A stretch of 64,000 nucleotides of DNA, taken from Octopus bimaculoides. Its lineage: Eukaryota. Below are positions 46,885-59,356 of this stretch, piece after piece. The stretch spans positions 6,894,065 to 6,958,064 of the forward strand of contig NC_069000.1 of assembly GCF_001194135.2 (NCBI RefSeq), in the 5' to 3' direction. Under the pieces are notes generated by a model. That model saw only the letters and a list, made by a program, of their open reading frames with translations. It was not told where the DNA came from and ran no database searches. A program made the position numbers and the translations under genes. Numbering within the stretch: position 1 is the stretch's first letter; every line of letters begins with the position of its first letter.

Positions 46885-48230
46885 GGGGGGGGGAGCAAGT
46901 TGATTACATTAAAGACTTCAAGGAGTTTAACGGATTATTGAAGAAAGAAGGTGATAGCCTAAGGCTAACGCCACCAAAAGAAACGGCAGAGAGAAAGACA
47001 ATAACGTACCGGACATTAAATATAACAACAAAGAAAATTGAAATCGCTAATGTCAACGAGATAGAGGAATGCTGGAAAGAAATTAAAGACGTGATAACGT
47101 TTTTTAATAGAGGCAGAAAATACGGCACGGTGAAGGTACGCTTCGTTAATGAAAACGAAGCGAAAAAATACTCCACCGTAGCCTTAAAAATCATCGAAAT
47201 GAGCACTCCTACCGACGTACTGCGGAAAGCGAGCGGCCCGAGTTCGAATCGGTAGGGTGTCACTTGAAATTGAGGAAGACTGGCTGGTAGCGGCAATTTT
47301 ATACAATACGGAGGAAAACACGGAAATGCCAAAGACAACGGAGGTCAACTAGTGGGGGTATGACCTGCAGGTCATACTCCATATCACCTTGCCAGACCTC
47401 CACAAGATTGCGGAGGAGATGGTCCTACCTGATGAAACCAGGCTAAGGTTAATGGTGGAGGGCAGGCCACCAGTATGTTACGGTTGCAGTATGAGGAGGC
47501 ACATAAGAGCAAAGTGCTCTCAGAGACAAGAACAAGTAATAGAGGAATGGCCGGAAGAGGATATAGCAGTCACCGAAACTTAGAGAGAAGGAAAGGGTGA
47601 GTCACCACCCCGAAAGAAAAAGAAAAGAGAGAGAAAGAAGCAACAAAACGTCAAACGCTGGAACCAGAACCTTCCATAAGCAAAAATGAGGAGAAACAGT
47701 AAGAACGACCAGAAAGAAGAAGAGAGTCCGGGAAGATACCAACAGGAAAATATGAAAAAAGAATGGTTGTATATAAAAAGAAAGCATCGAGATAGAAAAA
47801 CATGTAACAAAGATAAAAGGAATTATAAGAGTGAGAATGACAAACGAAAATACCATAGCAGTACTACTGGACGATGGAAAAGCGACAAAGATGAAAGACA
47901 GATTTGGACAGAGGATTGATTGGACAGCTATTAAAGTGCAATACGATGAGTTGCCACCTGTGATAGACTTTTCGGAATTGGATTATTTTGGGGAAGACTG
48001 AACAAGGTAAGTATAATTGCAATAAATCAATGATAAATACTAAACTGCTAGAACGGCAAAACGGAACTTTCCACTTTGGTGGGTGGGAAGCCATTTCATC
48101 ACCATTTAATTAATAATTCACAACTCATTCGTTTCATTTTATGATCCCCATGTGCGTCTTTGAATTGCCCCCTTTGTATCACTGTACACTCTGTATAACA
48201 TGGCTTTTTTTTTTTGCCAATAATAAAGGG
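46885..48230 (+). mobile_element. Decayed gag-like/ORF1 retroelement (RRM-like region + CCHC zinc knuckle) with no ORF2
   Basis: RGRKYGTVKVRF, frameshifted ALLPTYCGKRAARVRIGRVSLEIEEDWL, ITLPDLHKIAEEMVLPDETRLRLMVEGRPPVCYGCSMRRHIRAKC (CX2CX4HX4C) and a basic tail. The 5' end is lost in a gap. Confidence 0.8.
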
Positions 48231-48849
48231 ATCGACAGTGTTGAAAATGAATGGTCCCCGTGGAAGAAGAAAAAGATTTAGAAAGATATGGGATGTAGTG
48301 TTGAAGATGCTGAGGCTCACGAAAGAGATGACAACTATGTCAATTGGCAACACTCTAGGGGGAAAAAATGTACTCTCTTGAGTCAGTATGGCATAAAAAT
48401 AAAAAATAAAACGATGTGGGGAGTACAGTTGGCTTGGATACTCTCACCGAATCCATTCATCTTCTACTCCTCCTTTACTTCTCTTACCAGCCGCTGCTTT
48501 CATCCTCTTCTCCCCCACCCCACCTCTATCGTACCTTCTACCATTCCTTTATGTCACAACTCACTCTGTTCCACACCCATCTCAATGGTACTCTCGAGTC
48601 TTCCTTTCTGCTGCTGCTCTTACACTCGCCCGCACCTCTCTTCTCACTCTCCACGGCCTCAAAGATGCTTTCTTTGCATCACACCACTCTTTCCTCCCTA
48701 CTTCTTTGGAACCTTCTTGCTTCTCTTTCTCTCCCACATTACCTCTGCTGTGTCCTATAGCCTCTCTCTCTCTCTTTCTCACGCACTACATTATTTTTTC
48801 TTTATTGCAGGCATATAGGGCTTTCCTATAAGGTGTTATCCACCCCTGA

Positions 48850-49127
48850 TTGGAACTCTCCCGTATTACATGTACGCATGCTCAGTGACTTGCTTTAACA
48901 GTTGCAATCAGCTGAATGCACATTGCCAGTGACATTTGACATAATTACCCACACTTTGTGGTCAGGATTCTTTTTTTGGTTTGATGTCGGTATCGAAGGG
49001 ATTACCAGACACCGGACAATACAGTGAGAGCAGCTTTCACTCACATCGTGGTATTCGATGCTGTGTACGTGTCTGTCATCGTAAAATATGCCACTCCTTA
49101 ACTGTTGCTTTGATTTCATCCGTAGCA
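48850..49127 (-). mobile_element. SWIM zinc-finger ORF remnant, probably from an ISL2EU/PIF-Harbinger-associated YqaJ-type transposon ORF
   Basis: HKVWVIMSNVTGNVHSADCNC, then a frameshift to KASH*ACVHV, fits CxC...CxH. The rest is lost in the adjacent gap. Confidence 0.55.
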
Positions 49128-49721
49128 NNNNNNNNNNNNNNNNNNNNNNNNNNNNNNNNNNNNNNNNNNNNNNNNNNNNNNNNNNNNNNNNNNNNNNNNN
49201 NNNNNNNNNNNNNNNNNNNNNNNNNNNNNNNNNNNNNNNNNNNNNNNNNNNNNNNNNNNNNNNNNNNNNNNNNNNNNNNNNNNNNNNNNNNNNNNNNNNN
49301 NNNNNNNNNNNNNNNNNNNNNNNNNNNNNNNNNNNNNNNNNNNNNNNNNNNNNNNNNNNNNNNNNNNNNNNNNNNNNNNNNNNNNNNNNNNNNNNNNNNN
49401 NNNNNNNNNNNNNNNNNNNNNNNNNNNNNNNNNNNNNNNNNNNNNNNNNNNNNNNNNNNNNNNNNNNNNNNNNNNNNNNNNNNNNNNNNNNNNNNNNNNN
49501 NNNNNNNNNNNNNNNNNNNNNNNNNNNNNNNNNNNNNNNNNNNNNNNNNNNNNNNNNNNNNNNNNNNNNNNNNNNNNNNNNNNNNNNNNNNNNNNNNNNN
49601 NNNNNNNNNNNNNNNNNNNNNNNNNNNNNNNNNNNNNNNNNNNNNNNNNNNNNNNNNNNNNNNNNNNNNNNNNNNNNNNNNNNNNNNNNNNNNNTTATAA
49701 GAAAGCCCTATAGCCAAAGAG

Positions 49722-50075
49722 TGGAGGCGCAATGGCCAGTGGTTAGGGCAGCGGACTCGCGGTTTCGATTCCCAGACCGGGCGTGGTGAGTGTTTATTGA
49801 GCGAAAACACCTAAAGCTCCACCAGGCTCCGGCAGGGGATGGTGGCGAACCCTGCTGTACTCTTTCACCACAACTTTCTCTCACTCTTACTTCCTGTTCC
49901 TGTTGTGCCTGTAATTCAAAGGGTCAACCTTGTGACACTGTGTCACACTGAATATCCCCGAGAACTACGTTAAGGGTACACGTGCCTGTGGAGTGCTCAG
50001 CCACTTGCACGTTAATTTCATGAGCAGGCTGTTCCGTTGATCGGATCAACTGGAACCCTCGACGTCGTAAGAGAC
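49722..50075 (+). mobile_element. tRNA-derived SINE, a distinct family (single copy here)
   Basis: Degenerate A-box tggccagtgg and B-box gtttcgattcc at the 5' end, followed by a body of about 300 bp. Confidence 0.65.
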
Positions 50076-50092
50076 AGACAACACAAAACGTT

Positions 50093-52690
50093 GGGTATAT
50101 AAAACAAGTGATGAAATACGAAATGAAATTATAAACAAATGAAATGATGCAATGGCTTACGAGCTCCCCAAAGCTCGCAGTTCCATTTTACAGTTCTAAT
50201 TATACATGTTTGTATCAGTCTATGTTCGGTAAGTTAATCCATTCCGATAACATTAGGTATATTGTCGTATTGGACAAATGAGACCCAGATGGTCTCGTAC
50301 TGTTTCCAAATAATCCTGTAAGCTTCTCCATTCTCTCCTTCTCCAATAACACCGCTCTTTCATTTGACTCAAACATGTCGTGGTCCAATCTAATTCTTAC
50401 CAAGTTTTTCACTTTAGTTATTTTCTTCTCTATTTCCACGTCCTTGTCGTAAAACACCAACGTTCTTAAATTCCGTCCAGCCGGCTGACCTGTTTGAGAT
50501 ACATATTCTCATTGCCCTCTTACTCTCTCCTTCCACTCCTCAATTTTCGCCTCTTTAGCTATTTGCTCTTGTCTTTCTCTTTTCCTACTTGTTGGCTCTG
50601 GTTCTTGGGTTCGGTTTTGCATATTTTCTTTTTCCTCTACTGCTTTTTTTCTTTTTCTCTTTCACCGCCTTTCTTTTCTTTGGACTTTTTGGTGGCGACT
50701 CTACTCTCATTCTTTTCCTATCTGTTTCCTCTTCCTCCTTCTGTCCATCCTCCACTACTTCTTCCATCACCACTGCTTCTTCCACCTCTATCTGCACTTG
50801 TTTATGGGGACACCTTGTTTGCATGTCCCCCCACTACCTCTGCAGTTATAAGATACTAGCAGAGATACCCGGCGTTGCCCGTGTTACATGCACTGGAAGA
50901 ATTAGACTTTTCTGTTATATTTTCTCTAATGAACTGGAATACCTATGATTCGAATTTCATTAAAATTGCAGATGAGGGTTCTTTCCCTCTTTACACACCA
51001 TAGAAAAATTCTAATCATGACACATGTATCCCATACTACTGATCTTTATGCGCAGATTCCAAAATTCCAGTCTTATGGAACCTGTTAAAAGGATTTTGCT
51101 CCTGAAAGATGGAAGTCATGGAGCTCTAAAATGTGGGAGTTAAGGCCCCTATTGGGGGTGGGTGTCTTAATGTCAACCAGAAAAGTTGAATTGTTGAGAA
51201 TCTTTTTGACTTGAGTATTATATCTATTGTTCAAATTTCTTTGAAATAGGAAATATATGTATGTCCACTGGGTTTGTAAAAGAGACCAAAGCTACAGGAA
51301 ACCAAAAGATGAATGATCACAATAAGCAGTCAGAGTAAATTTACAATCTATAAATGTCTTTGAATAACCAGTCACTCATCTGGGAAGGTCTTGAAAGCAA
51401 TGTTACCACCTGGGGACTATGTGTGACCCAGTGATAATAAAAAGACTCAAAGGAGGTCTGCAAGGAAATAACTTTACTCAACACTTCGCAACTGAATCTG
51501 TGGAGGCCTCTCATTTACTTGACAATTTATGAACCACATTGCAGAAATCACAATGTAAGTATATCTCAAAGCAAACTCTTACACTGTCGTACCATTGAAT
51601 TACAAATAACGCTCATCTTTTGTGCTCAGGTGACCCTACAGCTTCCAAGAGTACAACTGTATTTGTCTTTGCTTAGATAAAATGACTAAATTGTGGGTGT
51701 TAAGTCCCCATGAAGAGGTCTTTCTAACTTCTATGAAGATGAAATTTTAGAAATATAACTTCATTTGTGTCTAATATGTATAGTTAAAATTTCATCAACA
51801 GCAAAAATATATGAATTTTCATGGGGGTTCTGCCCCCTTTAAGCCATCTCAAATTCAAACCAAACATACTGCATTATACCTGCCCTTATGCATTGAATCT
51901 AAGTTCCAAATATCATAAAGATCCATTTAGTAATTTTAGTTCATGAAATTGTATGAAACACACAGCATTACCCTTCTCCCTAGGCTTTGATTTTGTGTTC
52001 AAAATCCAAGACAGACATTCTCATTTTTATATATATAGATTGGTGGTCTCCCCTCCATCATGGCTCTCAGTCGGGTCTCATCGGGGAGCACCAACTCTTC
52101 CACAATCTTATGTAGGTCTGGCAGAGTTATGTGGATCATAACTTCCAAGCCGTAACACCATCAGTTGATTTCTCTCGATTTTTCTGCTTTTAACACCTCC
52201 ACTTTGTCCTCGCAGTTATACAGGATGGCTCCCACCAGCCATGTCTCCTCTATCTCCAGGGGCACTCTCCCTATCCTCACTCTTGTGGCATGTCTCCTGC
52301 AATAGGTCGGCAAGAGTGCCCACATTGCTGTTCTCAAAGGCACAGTAGAGTGCCATTTTGCTTCCTCCTCGCTCACCTCCACTGTGCCGTACTTCCTTTC
52401 TCTTGCATAAAAGGTGGTCCCTTCCTTGACCTCTTGTAGACACTATTCTATTGCTTCTATTTCAGCCACTTTGACTCTCTTGGTCTCCACATTTAGCATT
52501 CTATACACAATTTTCTTCCTTTCGGCTCATTGTACTGCATCAATTGGCGGTGTCAATCAAATGCAATCTCCCACCTTCAACAGCTCATTGAATTTTAAAA
52601 AATTCTTCTCATCTATTTGTATTTCTTTCAATTGCAGCATAGCTACCCGTTTTCATCCCCAACAATGGGTAAGAAACAAATTCAACAACA
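50093..52690 (-). mobile_element. Second copy of the gag-like/ORF1 element, interrupted by a Helitron-like insertion
   Basis: WALLPTYCRRHATRVRIGRVPLEIEETWL and ITLPDLHKIVEELVLPDETRLRAMMEGRPP (52140-52041) resume as YNCRGSGDMQTRCP below 50853; 3' tail homologous to the + copy. Confidence 0.8.
50854..52040 (+). mobile_element. Non-autonomous Helitron/Helentron-like (DINE-1/HINE-like) element, about 1.19 kb
   Basis: 5' end tactagcagagatacccggcgttgccc, 3' end ttttatatatatagat, no TSD; inserted cleanly within a recognisable coding motif. Confidence 0.7.
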
Positions 52691-52695
52691 GTCTC

Positions 52696-52820
52696 TTTTC
52701 CGTAAAAAGTGTCTTCGGCGATCTTTACCAAAGATTGGCCTTTTCCGTNNNNNNNNNNACTTTTTACGGAAAAGGCCGATCTTTGGTAAAGATCACCGAA
52801 GACACTTTTTACAGAAAAAG
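52696..52820. repeat. Inverted repeat spanning a 10-N gap
   Basis: ttttccgtaaaaagtgtcttcggcgatctttaccaaagattggccttttccgt is mirrored after the gap with about 3 mismatches. Confidence 0.7.
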
Positions 52821-54649
52821 CCGATATTTGGTACTGGTATCGAAAGATCGTCTATCACAAAGGTGTGTCAAATAAAGAAATAATTTTAGTTTCATTAAGT
52901 TAAAATTTAAGCATTTTTTCAATAAAAGAAAAAAATTTATCACAGAAGAAAAAAAAATCACCAATAAATAACTAATTTCTTTTAATGTGGGTCGTCTTTC
53001 TGGTTTCAAATAGTCTGGGTAGGACATGGTGCAACTCCTGAGAAAACTATAAAATAACTTTTTTTCATGTTTTCAAACAGGAAAATAAATATATTTCTTT
53101 ACAGAAATTAAACTTTAGAAATTGCGGTCATTTTCGATTTATGCCTATATAACTTTGTCATTCTCTCAATTCATAGAAAATAAATGCAGAATTATTTTAA
53201 AACACTTCCAATTCCGGCTAATAAAAATTATTTCTGAGGAAAAAGAAAATGAGGAATCAATGTGAAATATCAGTCATGTGTTTTTTATTTAACCCCAGGA
53301 CCTTTCCAATCATGATTATCTCTGCTTTATAGAGATAACGTAAGATCACACTATCGAAGGTTTTTTTTATTTTTATGATAGCGTGCAATTTGAAAGATTT
53401 GGCTGCTGTTTCTAGCTGGCCGAGTGAGTTAGTAGAAAGCCTCCTGTTGAGCTGCACGAAATTTGGCTGTTGTTTCTTGTAGTCAAAACCAGCACACAGA
53501 AGTCCACCTGTTGAATGCCTCGAAATGTAGCCACCTGTTGGATTAGTCGAAATTTAGCTGCTATTTCTAGCTAGTCGAGTCACCACGAAAGAGTTTCCGC
53601 CTTGGCTGTTATTTTCCTATTGGTCGAATGACGACCGAAGCGATTTTTAGTNNNNNNNNNNCCAATCATGATTATCTCTGCTTTATAGAGATAACGTAAG
53701 ATCACACTATCGAAGGTTTTTTTTATTTTTATGATAGCGTGCAATTTGAAAGATTTGGCTGCTGTTTCTAGCTGGCCGAGTGAGTTAGTAGAAAGCCTCC
53801 TGTTGAGCTGCACGAAATTTGGCTGTTGTTTCTTGTAGTCAAAACCAGCACACAGAAGTCCACCTGTTGAATGCCTCGAAATGTAGCCACCTGTTGGATT
53901 AGTCGAAATTTAGCTGCTATTTCTAGCTAGTCGAGTCACCACGAAAGAGTTTCCGCCTTGGCTGTTATTTTCCTATTGGTCGAATGACGACCGAAGCGAT
54001 TTTTAGTGGTTGGAAAAAAAAAACGTCTGTCGTTTTTGACTTCGTAGGTTTACAAAACAAAATTAACGAAGCATCGAACAGGCCAATGAGGTTGGAGTGG
54101 TCAAGCTCCGTCTGAAGGATTCTGGGTAAAAAAAACAACAACTCCTCCACGATAGACGGAAGTCTCTCTCTCACCAAACCAGAACATTATTTTAAATTGG
54201 TTGATTATGCAAGTTGGTTTTACCTGTTACAGCTACTGAAATCATTTTTTTTCTTTTCTCAATGTAAGTTCCCTCTTCATTTACTTTAATTACACTAACT
54301 TACTTGTCTTCTAAGCCATTCCCTACTTTTAACCCGTAAGGATTCCCTCCCTGACCCCTTATAAAAGCAGAAGTACTAAGACGAAACCCCATCCAATGTA
54401 GCAATGTTTCCTCTCTGACTCATTTAACGTTTAAAATTACTAGTCGTTTCAATTTTAACTACCTGTGTGTAGGTGTCTTTTACTTAAAAGGGCACAATAT
54501 GAATCAAATGTCTATTTCCCTCAAACACCTTGCATGGTTTAAATAAGAAATAATTTGCAAAATATTAATATTACTTGCATGTTGTTGGTGGTGTGTGTTT
54601 AGTGGTTGGGACGGAAACTTGTTCAGAATTTTTTGGGACATATCATTAT

Positions 54650-54831
54650 TACTCTTTTACTTATTTCAGTCATTTGACTGCGGCAATGTTGGAGCACCAC
54701 CTTTAGACGAGCAAATCGACCCCAGGACGTATTCTTTGTAAGCCTAGTACTTATTGTATCGGTCTGCTAAGTTATGAGGACGTAAACACACCAGTATCGG
54801 TTGTCAAGCGATGTTGGCGGGACAAACACAA

Positions 54832-54899
<68 letters not shown>

Positions 54900-55035
54900 G
54901 ACGGGCTTCTTTCAGTTTCTGTCTACCAAATCTACTCAAGGCTTTGGTCGGCCCGAGGCTATAATAGAAGACACTTGCCCAAGGTGCCACAAAGTGGGAC
55001 TCAACCCATACCATGTGGTTGGTAAGCAAGCTACA
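54650..55035 (-). mobile_element. SINE family A, near full length
   Basis: Reverse complement with internal (CA)n(TA)n. Confidence 0.88.
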
Positions 55036-57904
55036 AACAAAAAAATTATCATTATTACTAATAGTTTTTTGAAAAAACTTCTGTAAAAGTTTTCAATTAT
55101 TTTTCATCAAATTTATAGTCATCTTTATATGTACCGGATATATTTGTCTCTTGATACAATAGACACATATGTATGTATATGTGTGTGTGAGTGTGTATAT
55201 ATATGTGTACACACACACACAATCTACATATGTGTACACATTAGTGTGTGCGCCTGTCTGTGTCTCCTAACTTATCTACTAAGTCCTTGTAAGTCTTTTC
55301 GTTTTTATTTTTTCTATTTACATTAACCACCTGTCCCCATGTGTGACAATGTTCCCTTTCTCAGTTGTTATTAATTTCTGGATTATTCCTCATCTAAGTG
55401 CAAGAATAATTATCAATTAATAATGCTAATTAACACTCCTACGTACATAAACTGTTTAGGAACCAGCCCGCGTCGCAGTTTTATTCTCAAGCTACCATGG
55501 GATTTTCCCTCCTTTTGCTCTGGCTGATGAGGTCCTCATTGTTACACTTTGTTCTCCCCTACAGAGAGATATAAAACCTTATCTGCAGAAGTTACCAAGA
55601 GAAGTGAGATGGTTCTTTAGTTGTTGAGCTAGTTAGATAGAAAAAAACAAAACAAAAACCAAAAAAACCTATTAAGTCTCTCTCAAGCCATACTATGTCA
55701 CCTACCATAATTAAAAGACACTTTGAAAAATGTCTCCCAGATTCGGGATGGTCGTAGCTTACTTGCGTTTAATCATGTCGACTTGAACAGGACCAAACCT
55801 GGGACTAAACAACTTAATATTATGTCCGGGACCTTTTGTCTTTATATGAATCAATCAATAATTGGTTACTAGGTTTATTGTGTTGTGTTGGACATAGAAA
55901 CAGATATAAATATATGTACGACGAAACGATTGTCCAGGTCAACGAGGGGAGCAGCTGTGTTGCTCGGTTTGCTAAAAATAGCAGCTAAATACCCCTCAAC
56001 CACACCCTATCTGTTTTGAAAAATACAAAACAGAAAAAACATAGTACACTGGCGTGTACAGTATACATTGGAAACATGATTGGATGGCCACGGCTGGAAT
56101 GCAATTTAATAATAGACCTACTTAGTCCAAACTGACTGAGGTTAAACGATAAGTTGTTATACCCAGATATTATTTTAGTGTTTTATTTCTCGTCGTCTTT
56201 TGCTTTAAATATGTTAGTAATTAGGACATCTCTTAGGAATCCAGTTCATTTATAAAGTTGTTACTAATTAATACATACGCATTCAGTAAAAAGTGTGTAA
56301 GCGTATGGACGTATGTGGTATGTAGCCAGACAAGTAGGACTTTAAAAACAATTGAATTTATTGTTGTTGCTGTTGTTTTGCAGTCGTCGAGTAAGCGGAA
56401 CCTACACAATCTGACTGGTTTCGTGGTGGTGGGGGCTGTAATGATTAAGGGCGCCGATCCTTCCGTCACACATACACACATATACTCATACATGTGTGTG
56501 TGCGCGCACAATATGTATACATATTTGAACGTACAAACAAACTGCTAATTTAAATACTTAAACTGTGACTAACATTATCTCCAAATACTTTTTTGTTCAA
56601 TTAATTTCTTTTTTAAGACGCAGAAAGAATCTTAATTTTATTTGGCAATTTCTACAATTATTATTATTGCATTGTTTTGGGCAAGACTCCCGCCCGTCCA
56701 GTCCCCCAAACCACCCATATTTGAGCAAGACTTCCGCCCCCCCCATAACCACCCTTNNNNNNNNNNNNNNNNNNNNNNNNNNNNNNNNNNNNNNNNNNNN
56801 NNNNNNNNNNNNNNNNNNNNNNNNNNNNNNNNNNNNNNNNNNNNNNNNNNNNNNNNNNNNNNNNNNNNNNNNNNNNNNNNNNNNNNNNNNNNNNNNNNNN
56901 NNNNNNNNNNNNNNNNNNNNNNNNNNNNNNNNNNTTTTTTTTTTCCGACACAATCCCCCACCCCACCTTTTCGATTACGGGGAATACGAATCTGCAAAAA
57001 AATTGGCAAAAATCGACATTTCTAAATTACCCCCACCCCCAACGCCACTTCCTCCATTTTTAACTTTTTTTCAAAATTTTTTTTTCAAAATATACAGAAA
57101 AATACGGAGATTATGATTCTGAAAAAAAATTTCAAATTTCAAAACATTTCTGTACTTACGGTTAGGGTTAGGGAAAAAAGTCAAAATTAAAGAAGTTGGG
57201 GAGGGGGTGGAGAAGGGTGAGGGGAATTTCACATTGCCGATTTTTGGCAATTTTCCCGAACATCATGTGAAAGGTAATTGTAGGGAATTTCTTAAATACC
57301 CGTTTTTTTTTAAAATTACAAAGTCGATCGGGGCAGGAGTGCACTTGTGTACGTGGGTTGAAGTATCTAAACGGTTGTTTGGCCGACTAGAAATAACAGT
57401 TAAATACCCTCAAATAACATACTACTGCAGTGGTTCTCAACCTTTTAATATCCGGGCCTGATCCCAAACTTTTTTTAGGGGGCTGTACCAAAAAAAAAAG
57501 TAAAACACAGGGAAGAGAGTCGGGGGTCGCCGCAAGGGTGCTTGAGGGCCACATGCAGCGGTCGGAAGCACTGCTCTAATGTCTTTAAAAGGAAGTAAGC
57601 CACATTAGGATAATAATTGTCATGGGTGCATTCTTTGTTTGAAAGTTACATGTGATTGGCATGTTAACCTGGTGTTAAACAAACCTCATGAAGCATACCA
57701 ACAAAGCCAGTTGATAACCACTTGTTGGGTGTGGAGAGAGAGGGAGAGGGAGACGATGGTCTCTTTGTGATTGTTGATATTCGGTTTAAAGTAAGTAAAC
57801 ACGGACATGAGTAAGAGGGGAAGAGGTTCCAGTGGGCGAGAAATTATGGGGAAGCAGGAAGAATATACATGCAGACATAAACATACGTACATAAGTCACA
57901 CATT

Positions 57905-58180
57905 TATTAGTCGAATGAATCTATCCCAGGACCTATTTTTTAAGCCTGGTGTTTATTCTATCGGTCTATTTTGCCGAACCGCTAGATTACGGGGACATAA
58001 ACACACCAACACCAGTTGTCAAGCGGTGGTGGTGGAGGAGGGGGGGGTACAAAAGACGCACATATCTATATACGACGAGCTTCTTTCAGTTTCCGTCTAT
58101 CAAATTCACTCACAAGGCTTTGATTGGCCCAAGGCTTATAGTAGAAGACGCTTGCCCAAGGTAGGACTTAACCCGGAACC
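57905..58180 (-). mobile_element. SINE family A
   Basis: Reverse complement of the family A body. Confidence 0.8.
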
Positions 58181-58984
58181 ATACTCAGTGTTACAAACAA
58201 AGTGGTTGAATGGGAAGATTATGACATCTTAACTTTTATTTATTCACCGACGGACCTACCATTGCACNNNNNNNNNNNNNNNNNNNNNNNNNNNNNNNNN
58301 NNNNNNNNNNNNNNNNNNNNNNNNNNNNNNNNNNNNNNNNNNNNNNNNNNNNNNNNNNNNNNNNNNNNNNNNNNNNNNNNNNNNNNNNNNNNNNNNNNNN
58401 NNNNNNNNNNNNNNNNNNNNNNNNNNNNNNNNNNNNNNNNNNNNNNNNNNNNNNNNNNNNNNNNNNNNNNNNNNNNNNNNNNNNNNNNNNNNNNNNNNNN
58501 NNNNNNNNNNNNNNNNNNNNNNNNNNNNNNNNNNNNNNNNNNNNNNNNNNNNNNNNNNNNNNNNNNNNNNNNNNNNNNNNNNNNNNNNNNNNNNNCTGCC
58601 TCCTCTCCAAATTAATTATATACTTCGCTACAGTTTAACCCAAGATAGCGAAGCTATTAAAAAGTTTCTCTTCCGAGTAAAACAGCTTGAACTTTCTTAA
58701 TTACCTCTTAATAATTAGGACTTGATGAGCTGATACTTTATAATTATACACATTTCACCGAAGTTTTCATTTTTAAATAATTATGTATTTGTTAGCTTTT
58801 CATTTTATATTTTAATGCAACTCTGTTTATTACAATATCTCCTCAGATGGAAGTTAGTTTTGTCTCAAATTACATTTCTTCGTGTAAAATTAAAATCCAA
58901 TGTCACATAAACATTTAAAAAGCTGTCTGAGGAATTTAATCATTCTATTTACGTATGTGTATACAGAAATAGGGTTTAAGTCGA

Positions 58985-59210
58985 ACACAGTCCAGTATTT
59001 ATTTTTTTAAGCCTGGTATTTTTTCTCTCGATTTCTTTTGCTGAACTGCTAAGTTACGGCGACGTACATACACGCGTCACGAGCCTTTTTCCAGTTCCGT
59101 CTACAAAATCCACTCATGAGGCTTCAGTCGACCCAGAGCTGTCAGAGACAGTAGCTCATGGTGCTGTGCAGTGGGAATGAACCTGAGACCACATGGTTGA
59201 GAAGCAAGCC
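58985..59210 (-). mobile_element. SINE family A
   Basis: Reverse complement, internally deleted. Confidence 0.75.
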
Positions 59211-59325
59211 TGTGTGTGATTGCATATGTTACAAATCTTATGATTGTCTTGGTCATCATCGCTTTAAATAGACATTTCACTTCATAACCGAAGCCACTCC
59301 TCTTCGGTGAAAGTTTTTATATATA

Positions 59326-59356
<31 letters not shown>

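Noticed and set aside
49722-49790. tRNA gene candidates (here and at other SINE heads)
   Set aside because: Only degenerate A/B boxes, no complete cloverleaf, and each continues into a SINE body.
53306-54007. 346-bp direct repeat
   Set aside because: Identical copies either side of a 10-N gap (53652-53661); assembly artefact.
57160-57173. Interstitial telomere
   Set aside because: Only two TTAGGG units, embedded in a repeat element.
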